Shown here in pieces: positions 10,348-18,809 of a stretch of DNA of 51,422 nucleotides. Source of the DNA: Candidatus Doudnabacteria bacterium RIFCSPHIGHO2_01_48_18 (GTDB taxonomy: Bacteria; Patescibacteriota; Doudnabacteria; UBA920; 2-01-FULL-46-14). Positions within the stretch are counted from its first letter, which is position 1. Each line of letters begins with the position of its first letter. The DNA lies in contig MFEF01000003.1 of NCBI GenBank assembly GCA_001777515.1, forward strand, positions 1 to 51,422, written 5' to 3'. The notes under the pieces were generated by a model that saw only the letters and a list, made by a program, of their open reading frames with translations, was not told the DNA's origin and did not search any database. Made by a program: the position numbers and the translations under genes.

Positions 10348-11355
10348 TTATCCCAACTTATTCACAATATTATTAAGTTCTTCGTCAGAGAAAAATTCGA
10401 TAGTAATCCGGCCAGCGCCTTTCGCGCCTTTGCTGACCTCGACCCTGGTGCCAAGCTTGCCGCGGAGCACGTTTTCCAGCGAAGTCAGAAACGGATCGGG
10501 CGTGAACATCTCGCGAACTTTGATCTTGCGGCGGGCGATTTCACGCACCTTAGCCTCGATGTCTCTCACCTTCATGCCTTCCCGAACAATGACCTTGTAC
10601 ATCTCTAGCATCTCTTCCTTGTCACGCAAAGTCAAAAGCGGCCGGGCTTGTCCTTCCGCGATTTTTTCTTCGATCAACGCACGCTGCACCTCAACTGGGA
10701 GATTTAAAAGCCGCAGCAGGTTTGACACTGTGGAATGGTTTTTACCGACCTTGGCCGCGATATCGATAATCTTGAGGCCGAATTCCTCCTGCAAACGCTG
10801 GTAAGCCCTGGCCTCTTCGATCGGATTGAGGTTGGCGCGCTGCACGTTCTCGATCAACGCGATCTCCAGCTTTTGCTCACCCCCGAGCTTTGGGGACAGC
10901 AAAACCGGAATCTTGGTCAGACCAGCGAGTTTTGATGCGCGAAAACGGCGCTCCCCTACAAGTATTTCGTATTTGCCATCCGTGCGCTCCGTCACCACAA
11001 GCGGCTGAATCACGCCGTGGACCTTGATAGACTCCGCGAGTTCTTGCAGTTTCTGCTCGTCGAAAATCCGCCGCGGCTGAAATTCATTTGGCACAATGTC
11101 GTCCACAGAAATCTCCCGCATCTGCTTGCCGTCAAGCGGGGAACGAAACTTGGCCTGCGGGTCTGATTCTACTGTCGGATGCCTTATGAGTCCTGACTTG
11201 TCAACTTTCAGGCCCTCTTCCTGGATCCGCTCCAGGTCAGCGGCAACCTCCTGGGTCATGTCCTGATCAAGCGCGCCAAATTTGTCGAACTCACCTTTCA
11301 GGTCAGAGCCGGACAGGTCTTCAAAATTTCCTAGTTTAAAAACATCATCACCCAT
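10348..11355 (-). CDS. parB: ParB/Spo0J partition protein
   Basis: PNEFQPRRIF, GVIQPLVV, GERRFRAS, ALIENVQRANLNPIEEA, HTH. Confidence 0.96.
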   Translation of the reverse strand: MGDDVFKLGNFEDLSGSDLKGEFDKFGALDQDMTQEVAADLERIQEEGLKVDKSGLIRHPTVESDPQAKFRSPLDGKQMREISVDDIVPNEFQPRRIFDEQKLQELAESIKVHGVIQPLVVTERTDGKYEILVGERRFRASKLAGLTKIPVLLSPKLGGEQKLEIALIENVQRANLNPIEEARAYQRLQEEFGLKIIDIAAKVGKNHSTVSNLLRLLNLPVEVQRALIEEKIAEGQARPLLTLRDKEEMLEMYKVIVREGMKVRDIEAKVREIARRKIKVREMFTPDPFLTSLENVLRGKLGTRVEVSKGAKGAGRITIEFFSDEELNNIVNKLG

Positions 11356-11524
11356 GAAGGAAATTTATCAAAATTAACGTAAAAGGGCAAAATTTCCAAT
11401 TTCAACCGCTCAGTCACGCTAAGCTGTCGCAACAAAAAAGGGAATAGACGTTCGTCCTTGCGGATTACTTATCTATTCCCTTTTCCCTCCAAATGAATTT
11501 CCTCCTAGTTTAAAGCATCCTGGT

Positions 11525-12571
11525 TTAAAGCGGGAGTCGAAAATCCATAACTCCCATATCGTACCGGATGTAAGCTTCAGGGTCATTCCCTGTCCAGAGC
11601 TCGAAAATTTCCAGATACAGCTCAGTTGTACGGCCAATGATTTCCGGCGGAATCCTGACCGCGTGCCCCGCTGCCCTTTGTTCGTCGATTTTGGGTTTGA
11701 GTTTCGGAAACGGCCCATACTCGGTCACGACGGTTTTCAAAAAATCTCTCACGAACTGCTTGTCAAAACTCGGCTGCGGCTTCTCTGCAGCCAAGTACTC
11801 GTCATAAGTCGCTGCCGGCCAGAAACGTGACGAATCGGGAGTGCCCCGCTCGTCAGCATAGCGCATCTTACGATTCCGATCGAGCCCGAATTCCGCCTTG
11901 GTATCCACGAAAATTATTCCTCGTGGCAGGCCATGGGCTGCGCAGCGGTTATAAAGCTCGAGTGTTAACTGCTTGATGCCGAACTGCCGCTCTGCATCTT
12001 CTGCGTCCATGTGTTCGTCGTGATCATCTTCAGATTTGGTGCTTGGGGTAAACGCCGGTTCAGGAAGCTTGGAGCCGTCAATCAAACCGGGCGGCAGCTT
12101 TATGCCGCAGACTTCGCCAGTTTTCTGGTACGGTTCTACGGCCGAACCCGTGAGATAGCCGCGGGCAATCCCCTCTACCTTGAGCATCTTCAAGTTCATG
12201 ACAATCGAGGCCCGGGCTTGCAGCTCGGTATTACCGCGAAAATGCGGCGGTAGATATCTGTCGATTTCAGGTCCAACTGCGATCAGGTCATGATCATGAT
12301 CTGCCATGATCGTAGTAACGGCAAAATGGTTCATCGCATTTAGCACATAGCCTTTGCAGGGAAACAGCGATGACGTAACTATGTCGAACGCACTCAAGCG
12401 GTCTGTTACAACCACCATACGCATGTTTGACTGGTTAGGAAGCAAATAACTGTCGCGTGCTTTGCCTTGCGGCAATCTCTGCAATCCTCCTGCAACCAGG
12501 TGAGTGCTGAGTGTGGTTTCGGCCACGCCAGCAGGAATCTTAGGAACTTTGTCTTCAATCATTGCCATCAT
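11525..12571 (-). CDS. purC: SAICAR synthetase
   Basis: GKARDSY, TDRLSAFD, RGYLTGS, FTPSTK, DTKAEFG, TPDSSRFW, SFDKQFVRD. Confidence 0.93.
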   Translation of the reverse strand: MMAMIEDKVPKIPAGVAETTLSTHLVAGGLQRLPQGKARDSYLLPNQSNMRMVVVTDRLSAFDIVTSSLFPCKGYVLNAMNHFAVTTIMADHDHDLIAVGPEIDRYLPPHFRGNTELQARASIVMNLKMLKVEGIARGYLTGSAVEPYQKTGEVCGIKLPPGLIDGSKLPEPAFTPSTKSEDDHDEHMDAEDAERQFGIKQLTLELYNRCAAHGLPRGIIFVDTKAEFGLDRNRKMRYADERGTPDSSRFWPAATYDEYLAAEKPQPSFDKQFVRDFLKTVVTEYGPFPKLKPKIDEQRAAGHAVRIPPEIIGRTTELYLEIFELWTGNDPEAYIRYDMGVMDFRLPL

Positions 12572-12577
12572 TGCCTC

Positions 12578-13147
12578 CTAGTCTTCTGGAATCGGCGCGG
12601 CAGCGGCCAATGCCCGGGGTTGTTGCTCATCCAGCGTGCCGCGAACATCGAACTGCGGCTGCTGCTTTGTCTTGAGAAATTCGTCTCTGAAATGCCCGAG
12701 CCTCACCAGTATCGAGCGATCTGACCTGGAGAGACTCTGACAGGCCAAAACGGCGGCATTCAAAAAGCCACGTTTTCCGTGACCAGGACACGACACAGCC
12801 ACGAAATCCGGTGTCGATAGCAGAGACGGAATATGCTCAGCCGTTTCAGGCACGCACATCACGACCGTTCCCTCCATGAAAGGCGTCGCGTAGGCAAAAT
12901 ACGACGCCGCGGCGCGGCCGATCATGGGGAAAAGCCCGGCGCAGGTTATGACGATCTCGACCTCGAGATTTCGGAGTTTTTCACAAAATTCCGCATTCTC
13001 GATCGGATTTTTTTCAGCCGATCCACGTATGAGGATCCATCGATGCTTGCCGAGCACCTTGTCGAGCATGTCGTAGACGAACTCAGCATTCATCCACTTC
13101 TCATCGTCCTTGCTAGCGACCATTAGAGCCACTAAAATTTGACTCAT
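12578..13147 (-). CDS. Highly divergent PurE/AIR carboxylase-family protein
   Basis: MVASKDD, GSAEKNP (cf. SAHRTP), ITCAGL, SLLSTP, NAAVLACQ; adjacent to purC. Confidence 0.65.
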   Translation of the reverse strand: MSQILVALMVASKDDEKWMNAEFVYDMLDKVLGKHRWILIRGSAEKNPIENAEFCEKLRNLEVEIVITCAGLFPMIGRAAASYFAYATPFMEGTVVMCVPETAEHIPSLLSTPDFVAVSCPGHGKRGFLNAAVLACQSLSRSDRSILVRLGHFRDEFLKTKQQPQFDVRGTLDEQQPRALAAAAPIPED

Positions 13148-13258
13148 CCTTTCTCTCCTTTCATCCAGTCGGTTGACTATAGTTTGGGTTTACTGTCCAT
13201 CGCTGTTTGCCAATTGATAAACGATACGCCTGATTTCAGTATAACCGCGATCTCCACA

Positions 13259-13315
13259 TTTCTGAGTCTCATCCCAAATTTTTCCCATTCTCTCTCTGGT
13301 ATACCGTGGAATCAT
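13259..13315 (-). pseudogene. N-terminal remnant of adenylosuccinate lyase (purB-like)
   Basis: MIPRYTRERMGKIWDE matches the typical PurB N-terminus. It has an SD upstream and sits before purE/purC. Confidence 0.55.
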
Positions 13316-13656
13316 TTCTTTCCCCCTTCTTTCCGTATCTAGAATTGCCGTGAAAACAACGCAAACCCACCATGAGTTTGATTGATTATGATAGCAAAAA
13401 GACGGCCGCTGGGAAAATCCCGGCGGCCGTGTCCTAAATTCGCAAAAAGGATCTGCGTAAAACTCGTCTCTGTCCTCTTCTGGCAGAGTCATCAGAATAA
13501 ACAAATCAATAGGTAATTTTTTACGCCCCATGTGTCCTCCTAGTTTTTCATCCCGACTAGAATATGCACCCCCCTGTCGCTGCCAATAACATACCACACT
13601 TGACCCGGACCGCAAATTTTGATAAACCAAAGGAATGAAAGTTAGAGGAGGCTGCT

Positions 13657-14028
13657 ATGGTCAGAGATATTTTGGTGATTGCAGGATTTCCTGCGCTCGT
13701 TTACAAAGGCGTAGAAACCGGATCGAACTTTCCACGGCTCGAAAATTCCGAACAGTTTTTTTGGACGGTGATTCTGGCCTTCTGTGCTGGACTGTGGCTT
13801 GCGATGCTTTCTCCATCGATGGCCTATAAAGCGACGCGGTTCTTCGAAAAAGGATGTTACTTTCCTGTGCTGTTCATCGCCACACTGCTCGTCCCCAAGC
13901 TGGGTATCGTGGCAGGCGGGGCGATGTCATTGGCTGGCTGGCTGTTCTTCTTCATTGCCGCGAAAGGGCTGATGACATTCCTGGATGGAATGGAATACGC
14001 CAAAAATAACCCGGGGTCGAGGCGCTAG
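13657..14028 (+). CDS. Hypothetical membrane protein
   Basis: 123 aa, hydrophobic, GGAGG SD, hairpin downstream (14047-14077). Confidence 0.65.
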   Translation: MVRDILVIAGFPALVYKGVETGSNFPRLENSEQFFWTVILAFCAGLWLAMLSPSMAYKATRFFEKGCYFPVLFIATLLVPKLGIVAGGAMSLAGWLFFFIAAKGLMTFLDGMEYAKNNPGSRR

Positions 14029-14101
14029 ACATGCGCCATAATATCAGAGTCTCGCTGGCTTCACGCTCGCGAGACTCGTCCTTTTTATATATACTTGGTT
14101 T

Positions 14102-14803
14102 ATGCGTTCCGCCTCGAAATCACAACTAAATAAAAGGCAGCGCTATTTACAAGTTGCTCTAAATAGTACTCTTGATGATGCTCAAAACATTATTGAGCAG
14201 CTGCCATTGTCGGACCGCATTATTGTCGAGGCTGGCACGCCCCTCATCAAGCGTTATGGCGCGGAGGCTATTCGAAAAATCAGCTATTGGTACACCGGGC
14301 GTCTTGCACAGGCAGGCGAAAAGATTTTCCCGTATATTGTGGCAGACCTCAAGACGATGGACCGCGGGAGTACCGAGGTCGAGATAGCCGCGCAGGGTGG
14401 CGCTTCAGCTGCCATAGCCCTTGGCAGCGCCCCGATTGAAACGATAAATTCGTTCATTGAGAACTGTGAAAAGCTTGGCGTTGACGCGATGATTGACATG
14501 ATGAACGTGGAATACCCGATTAATGTTTTGGGCAAGCTCAAAAAACTGCCGCCTGTGGTGATCCTGCATCGCGGCGCAGACGAGGAAGAGTTCAACAAAG
14601 AAAAACAAATCCCCTTGCACGAGATTCGTCGTATCAAGGGGGCTTATGACATCATGATTTCTATTGCCGGCGGCGACACGATCCGTGAGGTACAACGGTC
14701 AATCTTCAACGACGCAGACATTGTCGTTGTTTGGAAAACAGTGTTTCAGAGCACTGATGAAACCGTCGGCCTGATCGAAGATTTTCTCAAGCAAATCAAA
14801 TAG
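14102..14803 (+). CDS. 3-hexulose-6-phosphate synthase / OMP-decarboxylase-HUMPS family protein
   Basis: LQVAL, EAGTPLIKRYG, VADLKTMD, LHRGAD, IAGG motifs. Confidence 0.85.
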   Translation: MRSASKSQLNKRQRYLQVALNSTLDDAQNIIEQLPLSDRIIVEAGTPLIKRYGAEAIRKISYWYTGRLAQAGEKIFPYIVADLKTMDRGSTEVEIAAQGGASAAIALGSAPIETINSFIENCEKLGVDAMIDMMNVEYPINVLGKLKKLPPVVILHRGADEEEFNKEKQIPLHEIRRIKGAYDIMISIAGGDTIREVQRSIFNDADIVVVWKTVFQSTDETVGLIEDFLKQIK

Positions 14804-14804
14804 C

Positions 14805-15704
14805 TTATTTCTTGCCTTTCATGTATTCGGTCAAAGATTTGACCCCTTCCATGAACTCGATCGGCAGAGCAAAGATCACAGTTTTTGACGGATCAGGGTT
14901 GATCCGCTCGATCGTTTGCAGGGTGCGCATAGAAAGGCCGCCAGGAACTTGGCTAAGTCTTTCTGCAGCCTGCGCCAGTCTCTCTGCGGCAGCGAATTCA
15001 CCTTCCGCGCGGATAATAGTAGCGCGGCGTTCTCGCTCTGATTCGGCCTGCTTGGCCATAATGCGCTTCATGTCCGCTGGCAGCTCGATATCCTGAATCT
15101 TTATGTCAGTAATGTTTATTCCCCAGACCTTTGTGGCTTCGTCCACGATTTTTTTGATTGCTTCGGAAATATGCTCTCTTTCTGACAACAGCGGATCAAG
15201 CTCAATACCGCCGATCACGTCTCTGAGCGCAGCCTGCGCGTACTGCGAAACCGCGAGTGTATAATCTTTGATGTTGAGAATCGCATGCTCCGCCGATTCC
15301 ACCTGAAAATACACCACGGCGTTGATACCAACCGGCACGTTATCTTTGGTGATGACCTCTTGCTGCGGAATATCGACTGTGGTAATACGCAGATCAACCT
15401 TTTGCATTTGCTGGATACCCATAAAAATCCAAGTTAGACCGGGACTGCGGGTGCTGGTGTATTTACCAAGGGTCAATACGACGCCGCGCTCGTACTGATC
15501 GACGATACGCAGTCCCCCTAGCCCCAAAACTAAAATCAAAAGAATGACTATCGCCCCAAAGCTCAACCCCCCAGGCAACAGTCCTGTTTGTGAAATTATA
15601 GTGCCGGCAACGAACAAAAAAATGAGCGTACTAACCAGCGAGGCGACAGGATTTTTTTGATTTCCCATATTGTTAAAATTAAAATTTGATTGATCAAACC
15701 TCAT
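14805..15704 (-). CDS. SPFH/slipin (stomatin-like) membrane protein
   Basis: QYERGVVLTLG, IPQQEVITKDNV, AKQAESERERRA. Confidence 0.93.
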   Translation of the reverse strand: MRFDQSNFNFNNMGNQKNPVASLVSTLIFLFVAGTIISQTGLLPGGLSFGAIVILLILVLGLGGLRIVDQYERGVVLTLGKYTSTRSPGLTWIFMGIQQMQKVDLRITTVDIPQQEVITKDNVPVGINAVVYFQVESAEHAILNIKDYTLAVSQYAQAALRDVIGGIELDPLLSEREHISEAIKKIVDEATKVWGINITDIKIQDIELPADMKRIMAKQAESERERRATIIRAEGEFAAAERLAQAAERLSQVPGGLSMRTLQTIERINPDPSKTVIFALPIEFMEGVKSLTEYMKGKK

Positions 15705-15821
15705 GGATGCAGTATAGCACAAAAACAGCCGTAAAGCTGTTTTTTGGTGCAGTATTCTTAAAATGGTTCAAACGCATTTCAAGTTTTTCTTTGACGGCAA
15801 ATTCTTTGAAAATTATATCAG

Positions 15822-16406
15822 CTACCATCCGCCACAAGTGCCAACCCCCACACAATATCCACGGCTCGAATCTTGACACCCATTATTATTGTTATAATAA
15901 CTTCCGTCTAGATCAGACTGAAGAACTTGGTGATCGGTTTCCAAAAAGATAGCCAAACGATAACTTTGCCCATTGCTGCAGCCGGTAGGATAGCCTGGAT
16001 AGTAAGATACATCACTTGCAAATGGGTCAGAGGTTTTACGAAGCGGATCCTGCGGCACCTTTGAAATAACGGGAGTATAGTTAGAAACGGTAAAGCCGCA
16101 TTGTGTACCCGTTTCTAAACATTGGGAAAAATATGCCCAATGTCCGGACCACATAATATGCCCTGGACTTTGCGGATAGCGACCTTGCGAATCATAAAAA
16201 AGTTCCAGCGCAAGTTGTATTTGTTTGAAATCAGCGATTCGCTTGGCATCCCGTGCTTTGGCCCGCGCCGAGTTCAAACTCACCAAAACCACGCTGGCCA
16301 AAAGGCCAATGATAGAAATAACCACGAGGAGTTCGATCAATGTGAAGCCGCTGTATTTCCTCCTCCTTGTGGGGAGGATTAAGGGAGATGTTAAATTGTT
16401 CATCAA
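15822..16406 (-). CDS. Type IV pilin / GspG-like prepilin (pilin 1)
   Basis: GFTLIELLVVISIIGLLAS...ARAKARDAKRIAD, PQDP. Confidence 0.93.
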   Translation of the reverse strand: MMNNLTSPLILPTRRRKYSGFTLIELLVVISIIGLLASVVLVSLNSARAKARDAKRIADFKQIQLALELFYDSQGRYPQSPGHIMWSGHWAYFSQCLETGTQCGFTVSNYTPVISKVPQDPLRKTSDPFASDVSYYPGYPTGCSNGQSYRLAIFLETDHQVLQSDLDGSYYNNNNGCQDSSRGYCVGVGTCGGW

Positions 16407-16470
16407 TCTTTTCTAATTACGGCTACGGCACCCTTATTGCTAGAACTAGTTCGAAAAATAATTCCTTAAT

Positions 16471-16625
16471 ACTTTGAATTACGAAGCTCCCTCCACGTTT
16501 ATCCTAGCATGCTGTCTGAATTTTGGATAGCATTAGGTCATGCCTTTATTACTGCCGTCAAATCTTGACGGCATGAGTAAGTGTACGAAATTCCCAAGGA
16601 ATTGACTGGTTTCGTAATTCAAAGT
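16471..16625. repeat. 15-bp perfect inverted repeat between divergent pilins
   Basis: actttgaattacgaa (16471-16485) / ttcgtaattcaaagt (16611-16625). Confidence 0.85.
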
Positions 16626-16631
16626 TATACT
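16602..16631 (+). promoter_or_regulatory. Sigma70-like promoter for pilin 2
   Basis: TTGACT-18 nt-TATACT, 14 nt before ATG. Confidence 0.6.
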
Positions 16632-16645
16632 GTAAAAATGGAAAT

Positions 16646-17221
16646 ATGAAACAAAAAGGCTTCACAATTATAGAACTTTTGGTTGTCATAAGCGTGATTA
16701 GTCTGGTTGCTTCAGTAATTATGACAACTCTATCTACGGCGCGTGCAAAGGGCCGCGACGCAAGACGAATAGCCGATCTGCGGCAAATTGTAAATGCACT
16801 GAATTTATACTATCAAAATAACGGAGTTTATCCTCCCGTGACTGCGCCAATTGGACCAGGGGGCTGGGAAACTTCGCTTGGCAATTTCTTGCCAAGTCTC
16901 GTGGCTGGCCAATTTATTTCATCAAAACCCGCGGATCCGATTAACCAGGTAATTGCTGGTTTTAATTTGTTTGTGCAGCAGGGTAATTATTACTACGCCT
17001 ATTACAATTATCCTGCTACATCAGCGCCAAACTATGGGTGTTCTTTTAACAAACCATTTTCAGTTATTGCAATCAAAGAATTTGAAGGTGGGCCGAAACC
17101 CGAATATTCTAAAGCGCAATGCGGCACGATTCCTGTTGGGGGATGCCCAATGGGAGGAATCGCGACTGTATGCCGTGATTGGTCCACTGAATTTAACTAT
17201 TCAGTAATGCTTGTTCCGTAA
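16646..17221 (+). CDS. Type IV pilin / GspG-like prepilin (pilin 2)
   Basis: GFTIIELLVVISVISLVAS...RDARRIADL, PADP. Confidence 0.93.
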   Translation: MKQKGFTIIELLVVISVISLVASVIMTTLSTARAKGRDARRIADLRQIVNALNLYYQNNGVYPPVTAPIGPGGWETSLGNFLPSLVAGQFISSKPADPINQVIAGFNLFVQQGNYYYAYYNYPATSAPNYGCSFNKPFSVIAIKEFEGGPKPEYSKAQCGTIPVGGCPMGGIATVCRDWSTEFNYSVMLVP

Positions 17222-17249
17222 AAAACCCACACCGAGCATATAAAGAGAC

Positions 17250-17327
17250 CATTCTCATACCTGCTCCAGTCGCAGGAGGAACACCGTACTTGTCAAAATA
17301 AAGCATGACCGCCTTCGTAATTGTAGT
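17250..17327 (-). pseudogene. Probable pilin fragment
   Basis: Translates as TITKAVMLYFDKYGVPPATG, aligning to QIQLALELFYDSQGRYP of the neighbouring pilins. Confidence 0.45.
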
Positions 17328-17331
17328 TTTA

Positions 17332-17880
17332 TTATTGCGCTCCGCCTGCGGAGATACAAAAATTATGAGTGGGGTAGCGAGCGTTACAGCCGGGGTCTGC
17401 CAGCGGAGTGGCAGTTTCCAGAAGCGCAGAAAGCACATAAGCGCAAGCTGCCGCGCCGCACGTGATACCAAATTCCGTCTCGCTTTGCACGGGCTCGTAG
17501 AGATACATATATGGCCTGATGTTTCGAGGATCCCAGGGGGCGGCGGCAAGGAACTGCGGTGAAACGAGTTTGAACCCGCCTGCTGCCCAAAAATCGCCTG
17601 GTCCAGGTGTTGTGTCGCTTCCAGGCGAGCATCCTGGCAGCACATCTGCGCTTGCACCGGCTGAGGTATCGCAAGAGACTGCGTCAGGAGGGTAAGCGCT
17701 ATTTTGATCGAAATAAAACTCCAGCGCTGTGGAGAGTTGCCGCAAATCCCCAATGCGTTTCGCGTCCCTGGCTTTGGCTCTTGCGGAATTCAGACTTATC
17801 AAAATGACGCTGGCCAAAAGGCCAATGATAGAAATAACTACCAGAAGCTCAATAAGAGTGAAGCCCTTTTTATTTTTCAC
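17332..17880 (-). CDS. Type IV pilin / GspG-like prepilin (pilin 3)
   Basis: KKGFTLIELLVVISIIGLLAS...RDAKRIGDL, PWDP. Confidence 0.93.
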   Translation of the reverse strand: MKNKKGFTLIELLVVISIIGLLASVILISLNSARAKARDAKRIGDLRQLSTALEFYFDQNSAYPPDAVSCDTSAGASADVLPGCSPGSDTTPGPGDFWAAGGFKLVSPQFLAAAPWDPRNIRPYMYLYEPVQSETEFGITCGAAACAYVLSALLETATPLADPGCNARYPTHNFCISAGGAQ

Positions 17881-18067
17881 TAAATTTGCAGTAAAATCTT
17901 GCTTGATTTGTAATTTTTTGGTTTAAAGGGCATCAGCCTAACTATTTTTCCCTTTGCAATCCCGCACCAGCCAACTTTTGTTTCAAATTTGCGGTGAATG
18001 CCTGCTGATCATACCCCAAGACGTGCGAAGCGAGGCTGCTTCCTCTTGTTGCTTGCTATTTCCGAAA

Positions 18068-18151
18068 TGCCGCGGGAGGGAGTCGAACCCTCATGATCTT
18101 GCGACCGCGGGATTTTGAGTCCCGTGCGTCTGCCAGTTCCGCCACCGCGGC
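18068..18151 (-). tRNA. tRNA-Leu(CAA)
   Basis: GCCGCGG acceptor, CGGGA-CT CAA AA-TCCCG anticodon arm, long variable arm, GGTTCGACTCC. Confidence 0.95.
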
Positions 18152-18185
18152 GTAAGAAAAATTATACTTTATTTTCAGCTACTTT

Positions 18186-18809
18186 TCAATAACGAAAGTA
18201 ACGACTGAACAACTTTGAAATAATGTAAGCCGACCCAACGCCAACCGCGGCGCCGGCTAACACATCCGTGGGATAATGCGCGCCAAGGTAGACACGCGCG
18301 ATACTCAAAAAAGCAGCGCCGGCAAAAATAATAATTCCGTATTTTTTATCATAGAAATAAATCCAGCACCTTCCTGTCGGGGTATTGCACCCCGCAGGAA
18401 GGCTATATTGAGCCATTCATCCCCGCAGCAAGCTGCGGGGTATTCTGGAAGGTGCTGGATAAAAAGCGACGGCAACCGCAAAATAAAACGCCGTATGGCC
18501 TGACGGAAACGCTGGGGCTGACACGTTTACTAGTGCTTTTATTTCTTCCATGACCGAGCCTGGACGCGCACGCTTGTAAAACCACCTGATTCCTTCTACT
18601 AAGACAAACCTTGATAGGACTGCTGACAAAAATGCAGACCAAAACAAACGGCGTTTGCGAACCAGCATCACAACCAGAAGCCCTATTGCAGCGTAAACTC
18701 CGTAGTAGTCAGCATGGATAAAAATCTGATCCAAAAAATCCCAGCGCTTCGCAAAACCATTTACCAGGCCAAGGACATGATTATCAAAGCTGGCAAGATA
18801 CTCTTTCAT
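18186..18809 (-). pseudogene. PAP2-family phosphatase (BcrC-like) split by a 102-bp insertion
   Basis: RARP and FPSGH in the 5' part, ARVYLGAHYPTDVLAG in the 3' part. Both halves are in the same frame, separated by one TGA inside the insertion. Confidence 0.85.
18357..18463. mobile_element. MITE-like palindromic element, copy 1 (97-bp core + ATAAA direct repeats)
   Basis: Identical to 28039-28145. Terminal inverted repeat ccagcaccttcc/ggaaggtgctgg and two internal hairpins. Confidence 0.9.

Noticed and set aside
18414-18419. In-frame TGA in PAP2 as evidence of UGA=Gly recoding (code 25) or selenocysteine
   Set aside because: TGA terminates uppP, metG and suhB at their expected C-termini, and this TGA lies inside an inserted repeat.
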